From the NCBI GenBank assembly GCA_038245785.1, contig JBBRSB010000012.1, forward strand, positions 1-64,000: a DNA stretch of 64,000 nt, written 5' to 3'. Numbering within the stretch: position 1 is the first letter of the stretch; each line of letters starts with the position of its first letter. Positions 8,742 through 18,451 of this stretch are shown in pieces. The notes below the pieces were generated by a model. That model was given only the letters and a program-made list of their open reading frames with translations. It did no database searches and had not been told where the DNA came from. The position numbers and the translations under genes were made by a program. This DNA comes from Gloeobacterales cyanobacterium (lineage in GTDB: Bacteria > Cyanobacteriota > Cyanobacteriia > Gloeobacterales > PMM-0068).

Positions 8742-9899
8742 ATGAAACGGAAAGTATCGCTCTTGAGTCTAGCCGGAGCCTTATTTATTCTGACGGCTAC
8801 CCCTGGAATGACTCAGTCTCTTGGGTATAACTCGGTGCCGATTACACGATATAAAGGGGCTGCTATACCTGACTTCCAAAAAATTACCCTTGGCGGTCTC
8901 CCTCCTTTGACCGACAGTGGATCTTTTACCATTCCTGGTTCTCGAACCGTTGTCTTTAGACCTGGAGATAGACCCGTCAATGTGTTAACTCTTGGAAGTC
9001 TGAAAGATATTGGTGCTCCTAACTTAAACTTGGGTAGGGTTAGCCAGCTCACAGGCATTAATCTAGCAGACCAATCCCTAGCGAACTTTCCCCTCCTCAA
9101 AACTCAAAATGTTGGTAACTTGGTGGATGCTATTCCCGGTTTAGGCAACTTACCTATCCGAGAAGTGCAGCCGATTATGGACCTTTTACAGCAGAACAGC
9201 CCAGGGCAGAGTGGTTTGGGAGGCTTTGGTAATTTAGGAAGCCTAGGACAGGCTACAACGGTTTCTCAAGCAATTGAGCTAATTCCAGGATTTAAAAACG
9301 AAGTTCTTGGCAAACTGAATCTAAATGCTTACTCTCTACTTTCCTTAGATGGCATCACTAATGCAGCTTTAGGCAAATTTGGCGGAGCCTTCTCTGCAGA
9401 AATCAATAAGTTTACTGGTTTAGATAAAATACCTCTTTCTAAATTTCCTATTCCCCTTACCTTTTCAGGTGTTGTGGGAACGGTAGATGTAGTCTATGGC
9501 CCCAAAGAAGCAAGGCGAATGAATACGATTACAGGCAGCGACCAAGAAGGATTTAATGTTGCCTGTGCTCAACAATCTTGTTCCTATATTGAGTTGAGCG
9601 GTATTCCCTATGGGAAGCAATGGATTTCAGGAAAATCTCAGCAAGTTAGCGGTGGATTTGGGACTTTGAAGGCGCTGAATGGAGGTAAAGAACCAACCGG
9701 GAGACTGCCTTTTGGCGATTCTTTTAAGGTTGCACTTACAAAAGTAACAGAGTCTCAAGGAACTGCAGATTTTGGTGCCTATTTTCGTATATGCGCAACC
9801 CTACCTTGGGGAGAGTTTACCTGTTCGCCCTACTTTATTGGACCGGTTCCCTTCATTCCCTCAGTTCAAGAGAAAGATCCGATCTTCTTAGGACCCTAG
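8742..9899 (+). CDS. Secreted protein typical of cyanobacterial conjugation clusters
   Basis: Signal peptide; Leu/Pro-periodic middle; C-terminal CAQQSCSYIEL, GKQWISGK, GKEPTGRLPFG, FRIC...CSPYFIGPVP. Confidence 0.55.
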   Translation: MKRKVSLLSLAGALFILTATPGMTQSLGYNSVPITRYKGAAIPDFQKITLGGLPPLTDSGSFTIPGSRTVVFRPGDRPVNVLTLGSLKDIGAPNLNLGRVSQLTGINLADQSLANFPLLKTQNVGNLVDAIPGLGNLPIREVQPIMDLLQQNSPGQSGLGGFGNLGSLGQATTVSQAIELIPGFKNEVLGKLNLNAYSLLSLDGITNAALGKFGGAFSAEINKFTGLDKIPLSKFPIPLTFSGVVGTVDVVYGPKEARRMNTITGSDQEGFNVACAQQSCSYIELSGIPYGKQWISGKSQQVSGGFGTLKALNGGKEPTGRLPFGDSFKVALTKVTESQGTADFGAYFRICATLPWGEFTCSPYFIGPVPFIPSVQEKDPIFLGP

Positions 9900-9950
9900 T
9901 GATTGGTTCGATTTCTCAAAAATCTCTAAGCTTTAGACAGTCTCTCCCAA

Positions 9951-10904
9951 CTACGGGTTAATTTTTCTCAGCAAGTCAACGGTTTCTTGATAACGATTTT
10001 TATCACTTAGGGAAAGAAATAATTTTGCTGCTTTTTGTAGATCAGCCGTAGCACCTTGTTTGTCATCAAGCTGAACACGCGTATTTCCTAAATTGAAATA
10101 AGCATTGGCAAGTTCAAGCTTGGGGTTGGCATTCGACATTCGCCTGGGATCACTTTTGCCATTTCTCCGAGAACTATCGATTGAATTGTTCTGAGAGTAG
10201 CTGGACCTGTTTTGTCTGGGATTCCTGATTGGATTTGGGCCGAGACTCTGACCATCTCTTTGCTTAAAATGGTCTTCAGCCTCTTGATCATGTTGAAAGC
10301 TATCTATGATGCTCCGCTTAAGATTTTCGATCGCGCTTGGCTTGTTACTAAGAGGATTACGGAACCAACCCTTCTTCTTATAGCTGTTATAGGCAGCAGC
10401 GAACTCAGGATCTAGACGGAGGGCCTGATCAATATTTAGTCTTGGTTCCTCTGCTACTTCCCACTGATTACTAGACTGTTTGATATTCTTTGCAGACTCT
10501 CGGTTAATCTTATTGGCCACAGGACGGAGCAAGATATTAGAAACCAGGATGGCCAGTGAACCAATGAAGGCTTGAAATACAAATCCAGCCCCAGTCAAAC
10601 AACCCAGGGCCGCCGCACACCATAGGGTTGCGGCAGTATCTAGCCCACGAACACTGATTCCTTCGCGGAAGATTACTCCTCCTCCAAGAAAACCAATTCC
10701 AGAGACGACCTGAGCGGCAACACGGGTTGGACTGGAATCTCCCGGCGTCATAACGGATAGCATCACAAACATAGCGGCGCCAGTCGATACAAGAGCATTG
10801 GTTCTTAGTCCTGCCCCTCGTTGTCGCCACTGTCTTTCTAACCCAACGGTCCCGCCTAACAAGAGAGCAAGCCCAAGCCGAGCAGAGAATTCCAACCAGG
10901 TCAT
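9951..10904 (-). CDS. mgtC: MgtC/SapB family protein with C-terminal TPR motifs
   Basis: GLERQWRQRGAGLRTNALV, RVAAQVVSGIGFLGGGVI; TPR-like AYFNLGNTRVQLDDKQGATADLQKAA. Confidence 0.85.
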   Translation of the reverse strand: MTWLEFSARLGLALLLGGTVGLERQWRQRGAGLRTNALVSTGAAMFVMLSVMTPGDSSPTRVAAQVVSGIGFLGGGVIFREGISVRGLDTAATLWCAAALGCLTGAGFVFQAFIGSLAILVSNILLRPVANKINRESAKNIKQSSNQWEVAEEPRLNIDQALRLDPEFAAAYNSYKKKGWFRNPLSNKPSAIENLKRSIIDSFQHDQEAEDHFKQRDGQSLGPNPIRNPRQNRSSYSQNNSIDSSRRNGKSDPRRMSNANPKLELANAYFNLGNTRVQLDDKQGATADLQKAAKLFLSLSDKNRYQETVDLLRKINP

Positions 10905-11238
10905 CCCTCATCCCTCTAGTTTTTTTGTACTAACTGAACTGAAATGTTTCGGAACGCTCGCCTAGAGCGAGCATGAAGGAGAGAAAAGATAAAAACGGAC
11001 GCACTAGTTTAATAAGGTCTTTGGGCTCTACAAACCTTGAGAATGTGCCAATATGAGTCTTGCCAACAATAGTCATAATACGTACAGTCTTAATGAGAAG
11101 CTTGGTAGTATTAATATACTTAGATGCATAGTAACCAAAAATTGACCTAAAATCCCCTTTTTGAAGGGGTTGTAAGTATTTATAGGCTGCTATAGTGCTT
11201 TCCTCTCTACGTAGAACAGAGTGCATTTTAAAGCGAAA

Positions 11239-11279
11239 AGGTTAAGGAATGACTATCTAAAAGTTAAGGATAGGTTAAA
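11239..11279 (-). promoter_or_regulatory. Pho-box-like repeats (SphR/PhoB type)
   Basis: Minus strand TTTAACCT, CTTAACTT, CTTAACCT in 11-bp register (positions 11272, 11261, 11239). Confidence 0.55.
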
Positions 11280-11417
11280 AGACAATATGTCAACGCTAAT
11301 TACGCGGATATTTTCAATAATTGTTGTGGCTCGGATATTTAATATTTGATGGACGCGGTCTAATTAGTTAGAATACTTACTGTTAATGTCTTAATAGAAG
11401 GCTCTGGAGTCTTTGGC

Positions 11418-11981
11418 ATGGTGGTGAGCCGTCCTGATGCACTTAAAGAGACTTGGCGCTTGCACAGTGGCCTGCCAGTGCTGCTTAGGACTCTCCAGCC
11501 AACAGACTTTGCGCTCCATAAACAGTTTTTATACAATTGCTCTCGAGCATCTATCTATCAGCGTTTTTTCCAGGTTGCCGAGCATAGGAAAGTAACGGAC
11601 CAGCAAATTGCTCGCTATACAAACTTTGACCAAACGCGAGAACTGGCAATTGTTGCTGTTCAGCATCCCGCTCAAGATCAGGAGCTAGGGGTGGCAAGGC
11701 TGACTCAATCAGATAATGGGCTTGCTGAATTTGCAGTCATTGTGGCTGATGCCTGGCAAAGGCAAGGACTTGGACGTAAATTAATTGAAAAGATTATTGA
11801 AGTCGCTGCCCAACTGCATGTTCGTTCCTTACAGGGCTATGTGCTCAGTGACAATAAGGCAATGCTCAGGCTGTGTCATCAACTGGGTTTTAAAGTCCGC
11901 TGGCTCATGGGAGAGGGCATATATCAGGTGCAGATGGATCTATCTGTATCCAGACCTTCTCTCTACCGTTCATCAAACTGA
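11418..11981 (+). CDS. Stand-alone GNAT acetyltransferase (Pat/acyl-CoA-synthetase GNAT-domain-like)
   Basis: AEFAVIVADAWQRQGLGRKL, VLSDNKAMLRLCHQLGF. Confidence 0.85.
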   Translation: MVVSRPDALKETWRLHSGLPVLLRTLQPTDFALHKQFLYNCSRASIYQRFFQVAEHRKVTDQQIARYTNFDQTRELAIVAVQHPAQDQELGVARLTQSDNGLAEFAVIVADAWQRQGLGRKLIEKIIEVAAQLHVRSLQGYVLSDNKAMLRLCHQLGFKVRWLMGEGIYQVQMDLSVSRPSLYRSSN

Positions 11982-12112
11982 TCAGGCTCGAATGGACTTA
12001 AGACAGAGTCGTCGCCCGTACCGCACAATAGGTCTTATCTTTTTTATCAAGGTTTGGAAGAAACAGGTTCACCTTTTTCCGGATGATCTTCCGAAAGTTG
12101 TGCGAAATAATC

Positions 12113-15100
12113 ATGAATCTTGATCAGGCAAATAACGATCTAATAGCGCATTCTCATCCCACGCGTTGGCAGTTTTGGATCGATCGCGGCGGCACCTTTA
12201 CGGACCTCGTGGCCCAAAGTCCAGAAGGCAAAATCGTCGTTCACAAACTGTTGTCTGAAAACCCAGATCGGTATACGGATGCGGCCATTCAAGGGATTCG
12301 AGATGTTCTAGGGGTGCCTGCCGATTTGCCGATCCCAGCGGATCGGATTGCGGTTATTAAGATGGGAACAACCGTAGCCACTAATGCTCTGCTAGAGCGG
12401 AAGGGCGACCGTACTCTTTTGTTAATTACAAAAGGATTTCGGGATGCGTTGCGGATTGGGTATCAAAATCGTCCCAATATTTTCGCCCGTCAGATTGTGC
12501 TGCCAGAAATGCTCTATGAGCGGGTGATTGAAGTTGAGGAACGCTATACGGCTGAGGGGGAAGAATTAATGCCCGTGCGGATCAACGATAGGTTGATCCA
12601 ATCGCTGCAAGCCGCTTACGAAGAGGGGATTCGATCCTGTGCGATCGCTTTTCTCCATAGCTACCGATATCCTGAACACGAACGGCAGATTGCAGCAGTC
12701 GTGCGCGAAATTGGCTTTACGCAAATCTCTGTATCTCATCAAGTCAGTCCATTAATGAAGTTGGTCGGTCGCGGTGATACCACGGTGGTGGATGCCTACC
12801 TCTCTCCGATTCTCCGGCGATACGTAGCGCAGATTGCCACGGAATTAGGGCATGAGACCAAACTCTTGTTTATGCAATCTAATGGGGGCCTCACCGATGC
12901 TCGTCTTTTTCAGGGCAAAGACAGCATCCTCTCGGGTCCAGCGGGGGGGATTGTGGGTGCAGTCAAGACCAGCGCTATGGCAGGATTTGACAAGATCATT
13001 GGCTTTGATATGGGCGGCACTTCTACCGATGTCTCTCACTTCAAGGGCGAGTATGAGCGCACCTTCGAAACGGAAGTCGCTGGGGTGCGACTGCGTGCGC
13101 CAATGATGTCCATTCATACGGTGGCGGCAGGCGGTGGGTCGATGCTCGTCTTCGATGGTTCTCGCTATCGAGTCGGACCGGAATCGGCTGGAGCCTATCC
13201 CGGTCCCGCCTGCTACCGTCGAGGCGGTCCCTTAACGGTGACGGATTGTAATGTCATGGTGGGGAAGGTTCAGGCAGACTTTTTTCCCAAGGTGTTTGGT
13301 GCGGGCGGTGACTTGCCGCTTGATGCAGCCATTGTGCGCCAGAAGTTTACAGAATTAGCCGCAGAAATTGATCAGAAAGTGGCAGATACTGCGGGAGAGC
13401 TCCTGCGCATCCAACGAACTGGAGAGGATGTTGCTGCTGGGTTTCTGATGATTGCAATCGACAAAATGGCCAATGCCATCAAAAAGATCTCCATTCAACG
13501 CGGCTATGACGTGACGGAATACACGCTTTGCTGCTTTGGCGGTGCCGGAGGCCAGCACGCTTGTCTGATTGCTGAAGCGTTGGGCATGACTCAGATTTTC
13601 ATTCATCCTTTCGCTGGGGTACTGTCTGCCTATGGCATTGGATTGGCAGATCTGCGAACGCTGAAAGAAAAAGCTATGGAGGTGCGATTAACCCCAGAGG
13701 TGATGCCAACCTTACAGCGCGCCTTGGACACCCTGGAGGCAGAGGGACGGGTTGAGATTCGAGCACAGGAGGTAGAGGATATTTGCGTCCAGGTTCTGCT
13801 CAGAGCCCATCTCCGGTACGAAGGTACAGATTCTGCTTTGATGGTGGAATTTGCAGAAGTAGAAGCGATGAGATCGCAGTTTGAGCAGATCTATCGCCAG
13901 CGCTATGGCTTTACGATGTCTCATAAAGCCTTAATCGTGGAAGCGGTCTCTGTCGAGGTGATCGGACAGATGATCACCGTAGACGAACCTGTTCTGATAT
14001 CCGGCAGAACCACTCCTCTGAAACCAATCGCCACTGTTCAGATCTATACCAAAGGCAACTGGCACGAAACACCAATCTACCAGCGCCAAGACTTAAAACC
14101 AGACGATTGCATTGCTGGACCTGCCCTGATCATTGAACCCACGGGAACCAATGTGGTCGAACCGGGATGGTGTGCAGCATTAACGCTGAAAAATCATTTA
14201 ATTCTGAGCCGGGAAAGTAGACAGGCAACCTCTGCTACGGCCATGCTTCAAGGACAGAACTTAGCACCGACTAAACCTGATCCAGTGCTGCTAGAGATTT
14301 TCAATAATCTGTTTCGGGCGATCGCCGAACAGATGGGAATCACATTGCAAAACACCAGTTACTCAGTCAACATCAAGGAGCGGTTAGACTTCTCCTGTGC
14401 CATCTTTGACGGACAGGGGCAATTGGTTGCCAATGCACCTCACATCCCTGTGCACTTGGGATCAATGAGTGAGAGTATTCGCAGCCTGATTGAAGCAAAA
14501 GGCAACATGCTGAAGCCAGGTGATGTTTATCTTTCTAACAATCCCTATAACGGCGGTACTCATCTGCCCGATATTACGGTGATCACGCCCGTTTTCTCCG
14601 CTTCAGCGAATGGATCTCATCCTCTTCATCCTCTCTTCTACGTTGCCTCACGCGGACATCACGCCGACATTGGCGGTATCACCCCTGGCTCGATGCCGCC
14701 CCATAGCGTCACGATAGAGCAGGAAGGAATCATGTTCGACAATAGGCAACTGGTGGATCGAGGACAGTTCTTAGAAGCTGAAGTGCGGGACTGGTTGACG
14801 AGGGGAACCTATCCGGCCCGCAATCCAACGCAGAATGTGGCAGATCTTCAGGCGCAGGTCGCTGCCAACGAACGGGGTGTTGAAGAACTGCATCGGATGG
14901 TCGAACATTACGGACTAGAGACGGTACAGTCCTATATGCAGCATGTTCAGGATAATGCGGAAGAATCAGTGCGGCGGGTAATTGAGGTATTAAAAGATGG
15001 TCATTTTATCTATCCCACCGATGAAGGTAGTCAGATTCAGGTCAGCATTCAGATTAATTATCACGAGCGCTCTGCCCGCATCGACTTTAGCGGAACGTCT

Positions 15101-15835
15101 CCCCAACCCTTGAGCAACTTCAATGCACCTCTTGCCGTGTGTAAGGCCGCTGTTCTCTATGTCTTCCGAACGTTGGTGGAGGATGACATTCCGCTCAATG
15201 CAGGATGCCTCAAACCTCTAGAGATTATGGTTCCAGTGGGATGTCTACTAAATCCCCAACCTCCAGCAGCAGTGGTCGCAGGCAATGTGGAAACTTCCCA
15301 AGTGATTGTAGATGCCCTGTACGGTGCGCTGGGAGTGATGGCTGCTTCACAGGGCACCATGAATAATTTCACCTTCGGCAATGAGCAATACCAGTATTAC
15401 GAAACGATCTGCGGTGGTTCGGGGGCTGGCGTGAATTTTGATGGGGCGGATGCCATCCAAACCCACATGACCAACTCGCGCCTTACCGATCCAGAAGTGC
15501 TGGAATGGCGTTTCCCCGTACTGGTTGAAGAGTTTGCCATTCGTGCCCATAGCGGGGGTAAAGGACAATACAGGGGTGGAAATGGTGCCGTACGGCGGAT
15601 TCGGTTTCGGGAAGCGATGACGGCAGCAATTTTATCAGGACATCGAGTGATTCCACCCTTTGGCTTGGATGGGGGTGAAGCGGGGGCAATCGGTCGTAAC
15701 TCTGTGCAACGCAGCAATGGTGAGATCGAATGCCTGGGTAGTAGCGCTGAAGTTCAGATGCAGCCCGGTGATCTGTTTGTGATTGAAACACCCGGAGGCG
15801 GAGGCTTTGGGCCATTAGACATACTTAAAGGCTGA
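12113..15835 (+). CDS. oplA: 5-oxoprolinase (fused hydantoinase A/B)
   Basis: WIDRGGTFTD, GTTVATNALLERKG, DMGGTSTD, SVNIKERLDFSCA, ETPGGGG. Confidence 0.92.
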   Translation: MNLDQANNDLIAHSHPTRWQFWIDRGGTFTDLVAQSPEGKIVVHKLLSENPDRYTDAAIQGIRDVLGVPADLPIPADRIAVIKMGTTVATNALLERKGDRTLLLITKGFRDALRIGYQNRPNIFARQIVLPEMLYERVIEVEERYTAEGEELMPVRINDRLIQSLQAAYEEGIRSCAIAFLHSYRYPEHERQIAAVVREIGFTQISVSHQVSPLMKLVGRGDTTVVDAYLSPILRRYVAQIATELGHETKLLFMQSNGGLTDARLFQGKDSILSGPAGGIVGAVKTSAMAGFDKIIGFDMGGTSTDVSHFKGEYERTFETEVAGVRLRAPMMSIHTVAAGGGSMLVFDGSRYRVGPESAGAYPGPACYRRGGPLTVTDCNVMVGKVQADFFPKVFGAGGDLPLDAAIVRQKFTELAAEIDQKVADTAGELLRIQRTGEDVAAGFLMIAIDKMANAIKKISIQRGYDVTEYTLCCFGGAGGQHACLIAEALGMTQIFIHPFAGVLSAYGIGLADLRTLKEKAMEVRLTPEVMPTLQRALDTLEAEGRVEIRAQEVEDICVQVLLRAHLRYEGTDSALMVEFAEVEAMRSQFEQIYRQRYGFTMSHKALIVEAVSVEVIGQMITVDEPVLISGRTTPLKPIATVQIYTKGNWHETPIYQRQDLKPDDCIAGPALIIEPTGTNVVEPGWCAALTLKNHLILSRESRQATSATAMLQGQNLAPTKPDPVLLEIFNNLFRAIAEQMGITLQNTSYSVNIKERLDFSCAIFDGQGQLVANAPHIPVHLGSMSESIRSLIEAKGNMLKPGDVYLSNNPYNGGTHLPDITVITPVFSASANGSHPLHPLFYVASRGHHADIGGITPGSMPPHSVTIEQEGIMFDNRQLVDRGQFLEAEVRDWLTRGTYPARNPTQNVADLQAQVAANERGVEELHRMVEHYGLETVQSYMQHVQDNAEESVRRVIEVLKDGHFIYPTDEGSQIQVSIQINYHERSARIDFSGTSPQPLSNFNAPLAVCKAAVLYVFRTLVEDDIPLNAGCLKPLEIMVPVGCLLNPQPPAAVVAGNVETSQVIVDALYGALGVMAASQGTMNNFTFGNEQYQYYETICGGSGAGVNFDGADAIQTHMTNSRLTDPEVLEWRFPVLVEEFAIRAHSGGKGQYRGGNGAVRRIRFREAMTAAILSGHRVIPPFGLDGGEAGAIGRNSVQRSNGEIECLGSSAEVQMQPGDLFVIETPGGGGFGPLDILKG

Positions 15836-15870
15836 TAGAAACCAAGCAAAACTGATACGCTCAGAAGACT

Positions 15871-18375
15871 ATGACTTCTCTTCGTCGGACAACTCCCCCT
15901 GAACTTTTAGCGCCTTGTGGTGGCTGGGAACAACTGAAAGCAGCCATAAATTGTGGTGCGGATGCTGTTTACTTTGGACTAACTGATTTTAATGCACGGG
16001 CACGGGCCAATAACTTCACCCTGGAAGAGTTGCCTATGGTGATGGAAACGCTTCACACTCAGGGAGTTCTGGGATTGGTCACCCTCAATACCCTCGTTTT
16101 TGACCGGGAGCTAAAAAAATTAGAAACCTATATTCGTGAAATTGCCCGTAATCGGGTCGATGCTGTCATTGTGCAAGACATTGGGGTTATCCAGCTGATT
16201 CGGGAAGTGGCTCCAGATCTGGAGATTCATGGTTCTACCCAGATGACAATCACCTCTGCCGAAGGAGCCGAACTGGCCCGTCGTTGGGGTGTGAAACGGG
16301 TAGTACTCGCCCGCGAACTGTCGCTTAAAGAAATCGCTCAAATCTGTGCCCAGACGAGTCAAGAGATAGAAGTTTTTGTGCATGGAGCTTTGTGCGTCTC
16401 CTATTCCGGCCAATGTTTTTCCAGTGAAGCCTGGGGCGGGCGTTCAGCCAATCGAGGAGCCTGTGCTCAAGCCTGTCGCTTACCCTACGATCTCCTCTGT
16501 GATGGGGAAGTGACGGACTTAGGTCCCTATCAGTATTTATTAAGCCCTCAAGACTTGATGGCTGTCCGCCAAATTCCAGAACTCGTGGCTATGGGCGTGG
16601 ATTGCTTCAAAATCGAAGGCCGCTTAAAAGGTCCAGAGTATGTCGCCCTCACCACTCAGACCTACCGTAAAGCGATTGACGATGCCTGGGCAGGTCGCCC
16701 TTTAGATTTTTCCCGCCAAGAAGAACGGGATTTAGAACAGGTTTTTTCCCGTGGTCTGACCCCTGGTTTTTTAGAAGGTACGCGCCATCAGCGTTTAGTT
16801 CAAGGCAGAGCCCCTAGGCATCGAGGAGTGCAAATCGGGGTCGTGCGCGGAACCACGCAGCGAGGCGTGTTCGTAGAACTGCAAGAGACTGTACGACGCG
16901 GTGATGGTCTGGTTTTTGACGCTGCTGACCCTCAATCGCAGGAGGAAGGGGGACGGATCTGGGGAATTTATGATCATGGGCAAGCGCTGGAAGAAGGAGC
17001 TCAAGGTTCCACGCTCGAACTGCGTTTCGGGCCTGGAGAAGTCCAACTTAAACGGGTCCAGGCAGGCGATTGGGTCTGGCGTACGGATGATCCTCAACTC
17101 AGCAAACGACTGAGGGCGCTTGCGGAACAACCTGCCAACTTTCACAAGGAGCCGATTCAGATTACCGTTTCCGGTACATTAGGTCGTCCCCTGGTGCTAA
17201 CGGCGGAAGATGCTAAAGGTCATCTTGTAGTAAGTAGCGGGGAATTTTTGCTACAACCCGCTCAGCGCCACGGATTAGACCAAACTAAATTGGAAGCAGA
17301 GCTATCTCGCCTGGGAGATACTCCCTTTAGTTTAGGGAAGCTAACGCTGGAGCTGTCGGAAGGGCTATTTTGTCCTCTTTCTGAGCTGTCTCGTTTACGG
17401 CACAGCCTGATAGAGCAACTGTTAACCATCCGAAAAACACCTCTCACCATCACGCTTGGCCAGAATGTTCTAGAAACCCTGCATCAGCCCTTGACCGCCG
17501 ATAATTTGCCAGAGACCACGGTCGCGCTTCATCTCCTCTGTCGTACGCCAGAGCAACTGGAGGCCGCACTGGATTTGGCCGTGCCCGTTATCTACTTAGA
17601 CTACTTAGAACTTTATGGCCTCAAGGATTCTGTCCAAAAAATTCAAGCCCAGGGTCTAAAAGCGATAGTCGCCTCACCCAGAATCCATAAACCGAACGAA
17701 GAGCGGATCTGGAAATTTCTCTTGGGCCTCAAATCCGATGGGCTTTTGGTACGCAATCCTGGCCTCCTCCAAACGTTGGCCGAGCTGGAATCCCAAGGCA
17801 TGGAACTGCCGACCCGGATTGGGGATTTTTCTTTGAATGCTGCCAATGGCATCACAGCTCAAACGCTCCTCGCCATGGGGCTAGAACGGATCACGCCCAC
17901 CTATGACCTCAATGCCCAACAAATCAGAGATCTAGCACAGTATGTTCCTCCCCAGAAACTGGAAATTGTCCTCCAGCACCACTTGCCTGTCTTCCACACA
18001 GAACACTGTGTTTTCGCTCGCTTCCTTTCTGAAGGGGATGACCATACCAATTGTGGTCATCCTTGCGAAAAGCATCGTGTAGCCCTCCAAGACCGCACGG
18101 GCCTTGTCCATCCCGTAGTCGCAGATGTGGGCTGTCGCAATACTGTTTTCCATGGTCAAGCGCAATCCGGTGCAGACTTCTGGTCAAAATTTATAGACAC
18201 TGGCATCACCGATTACCGTCTGGAGTTTGTGCACGAATCCAATCAGGATGTGCGCAATATATATGCTTGTTATCAAGAAGCGCTACAGACCAAAATGCCC
18301 GGCAAAAAGCTGTGGCAAAATCTACAAAGGCTGTTACCCAATGGCCTTACCCGAGGCTCTTATGTGATGGCCTAG
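15871..18375 (+). CDS. U32 family protein with long C-terminal extension (RlhA-like)
   Basis: PELLAP, EVFVHGALCVSYSGQC, SANRGACAQACRLPY, KIEGR. Confidence 0.85.
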   Translation: MTSLRRTTPPELLAPCGGWEQLKAAINCGADAVYFGLTDFNARARANNFTLEELPMVMETLHTQGVLGLVTLNTLVFDRELKKLETYIREIARNRVDAVIVQDIGVIQLIREVAPDLEIHGSTQMTITSAEGAELARRWGVKRVVLARELSLKEIAQICAQTSQEIEVFVHGALCVSYSGQCFSSEAWGGRSANRGACAQACRLPYDLLCDGEVTDLGPYQYLLSPQDLMAVRQIPELVAMGVDCFKIEGRLKGPEYVALTTQTYRKAIDDAWAGRPLDFSRQEERDLEQVFSRGLTPGFLEGTRHQRLVQGRAPRHRGVQIGVVRGTTQRGVFVELQETVRRGDGLVFDAADPQSQEEGGRIWGIYDHGQALEEGAQGSTLELRFGPGEVQLKRVQAGDWVWRTDDPQLSKRLRALAEQPANFHKEPIQITVSGTLGRPLVLTAEDAKGHLVVSSGEFLLQPAQRHGLDQTKLEAELSRLGDTPFSLGKLTLELSEGLFCPLSELSRLRHSLIEQLLTIRKTPLTITLGQNVLETLHQPLTADNLPETTVALHLLCRTPEQLEAALDLAVPVIYLDYLELYGLKDSVQKIQAQGLKAIVASPRIHKPNEERIWKFLLGLKSDGLLVRNPGLLQTLAELESQGMELPTRIGDFSLNAANGITAQTLLAMGLERITPTYDLNAQQIRDLAQYVPPQKLEIVLQHHLPVFHTEHCVFARFLSEGDDHTNCGHPCEKHRVALQDRTGLVHPVVADVGCRNTVFHGQAQSGADFWSKFIDTGITDYRLEFVHESNQDVRNIYACYQEALQTKMPGKKLWQNLQRLLPNGLTRGSYVMA

Positions 18376-18451
18376 GAACGCCCCTCTGCCTCCATAGCGT
18401 AGCTTCTCGGAGAGTATTTTGGGGGGTTCCACACTTTCATAAAAGAAACTA

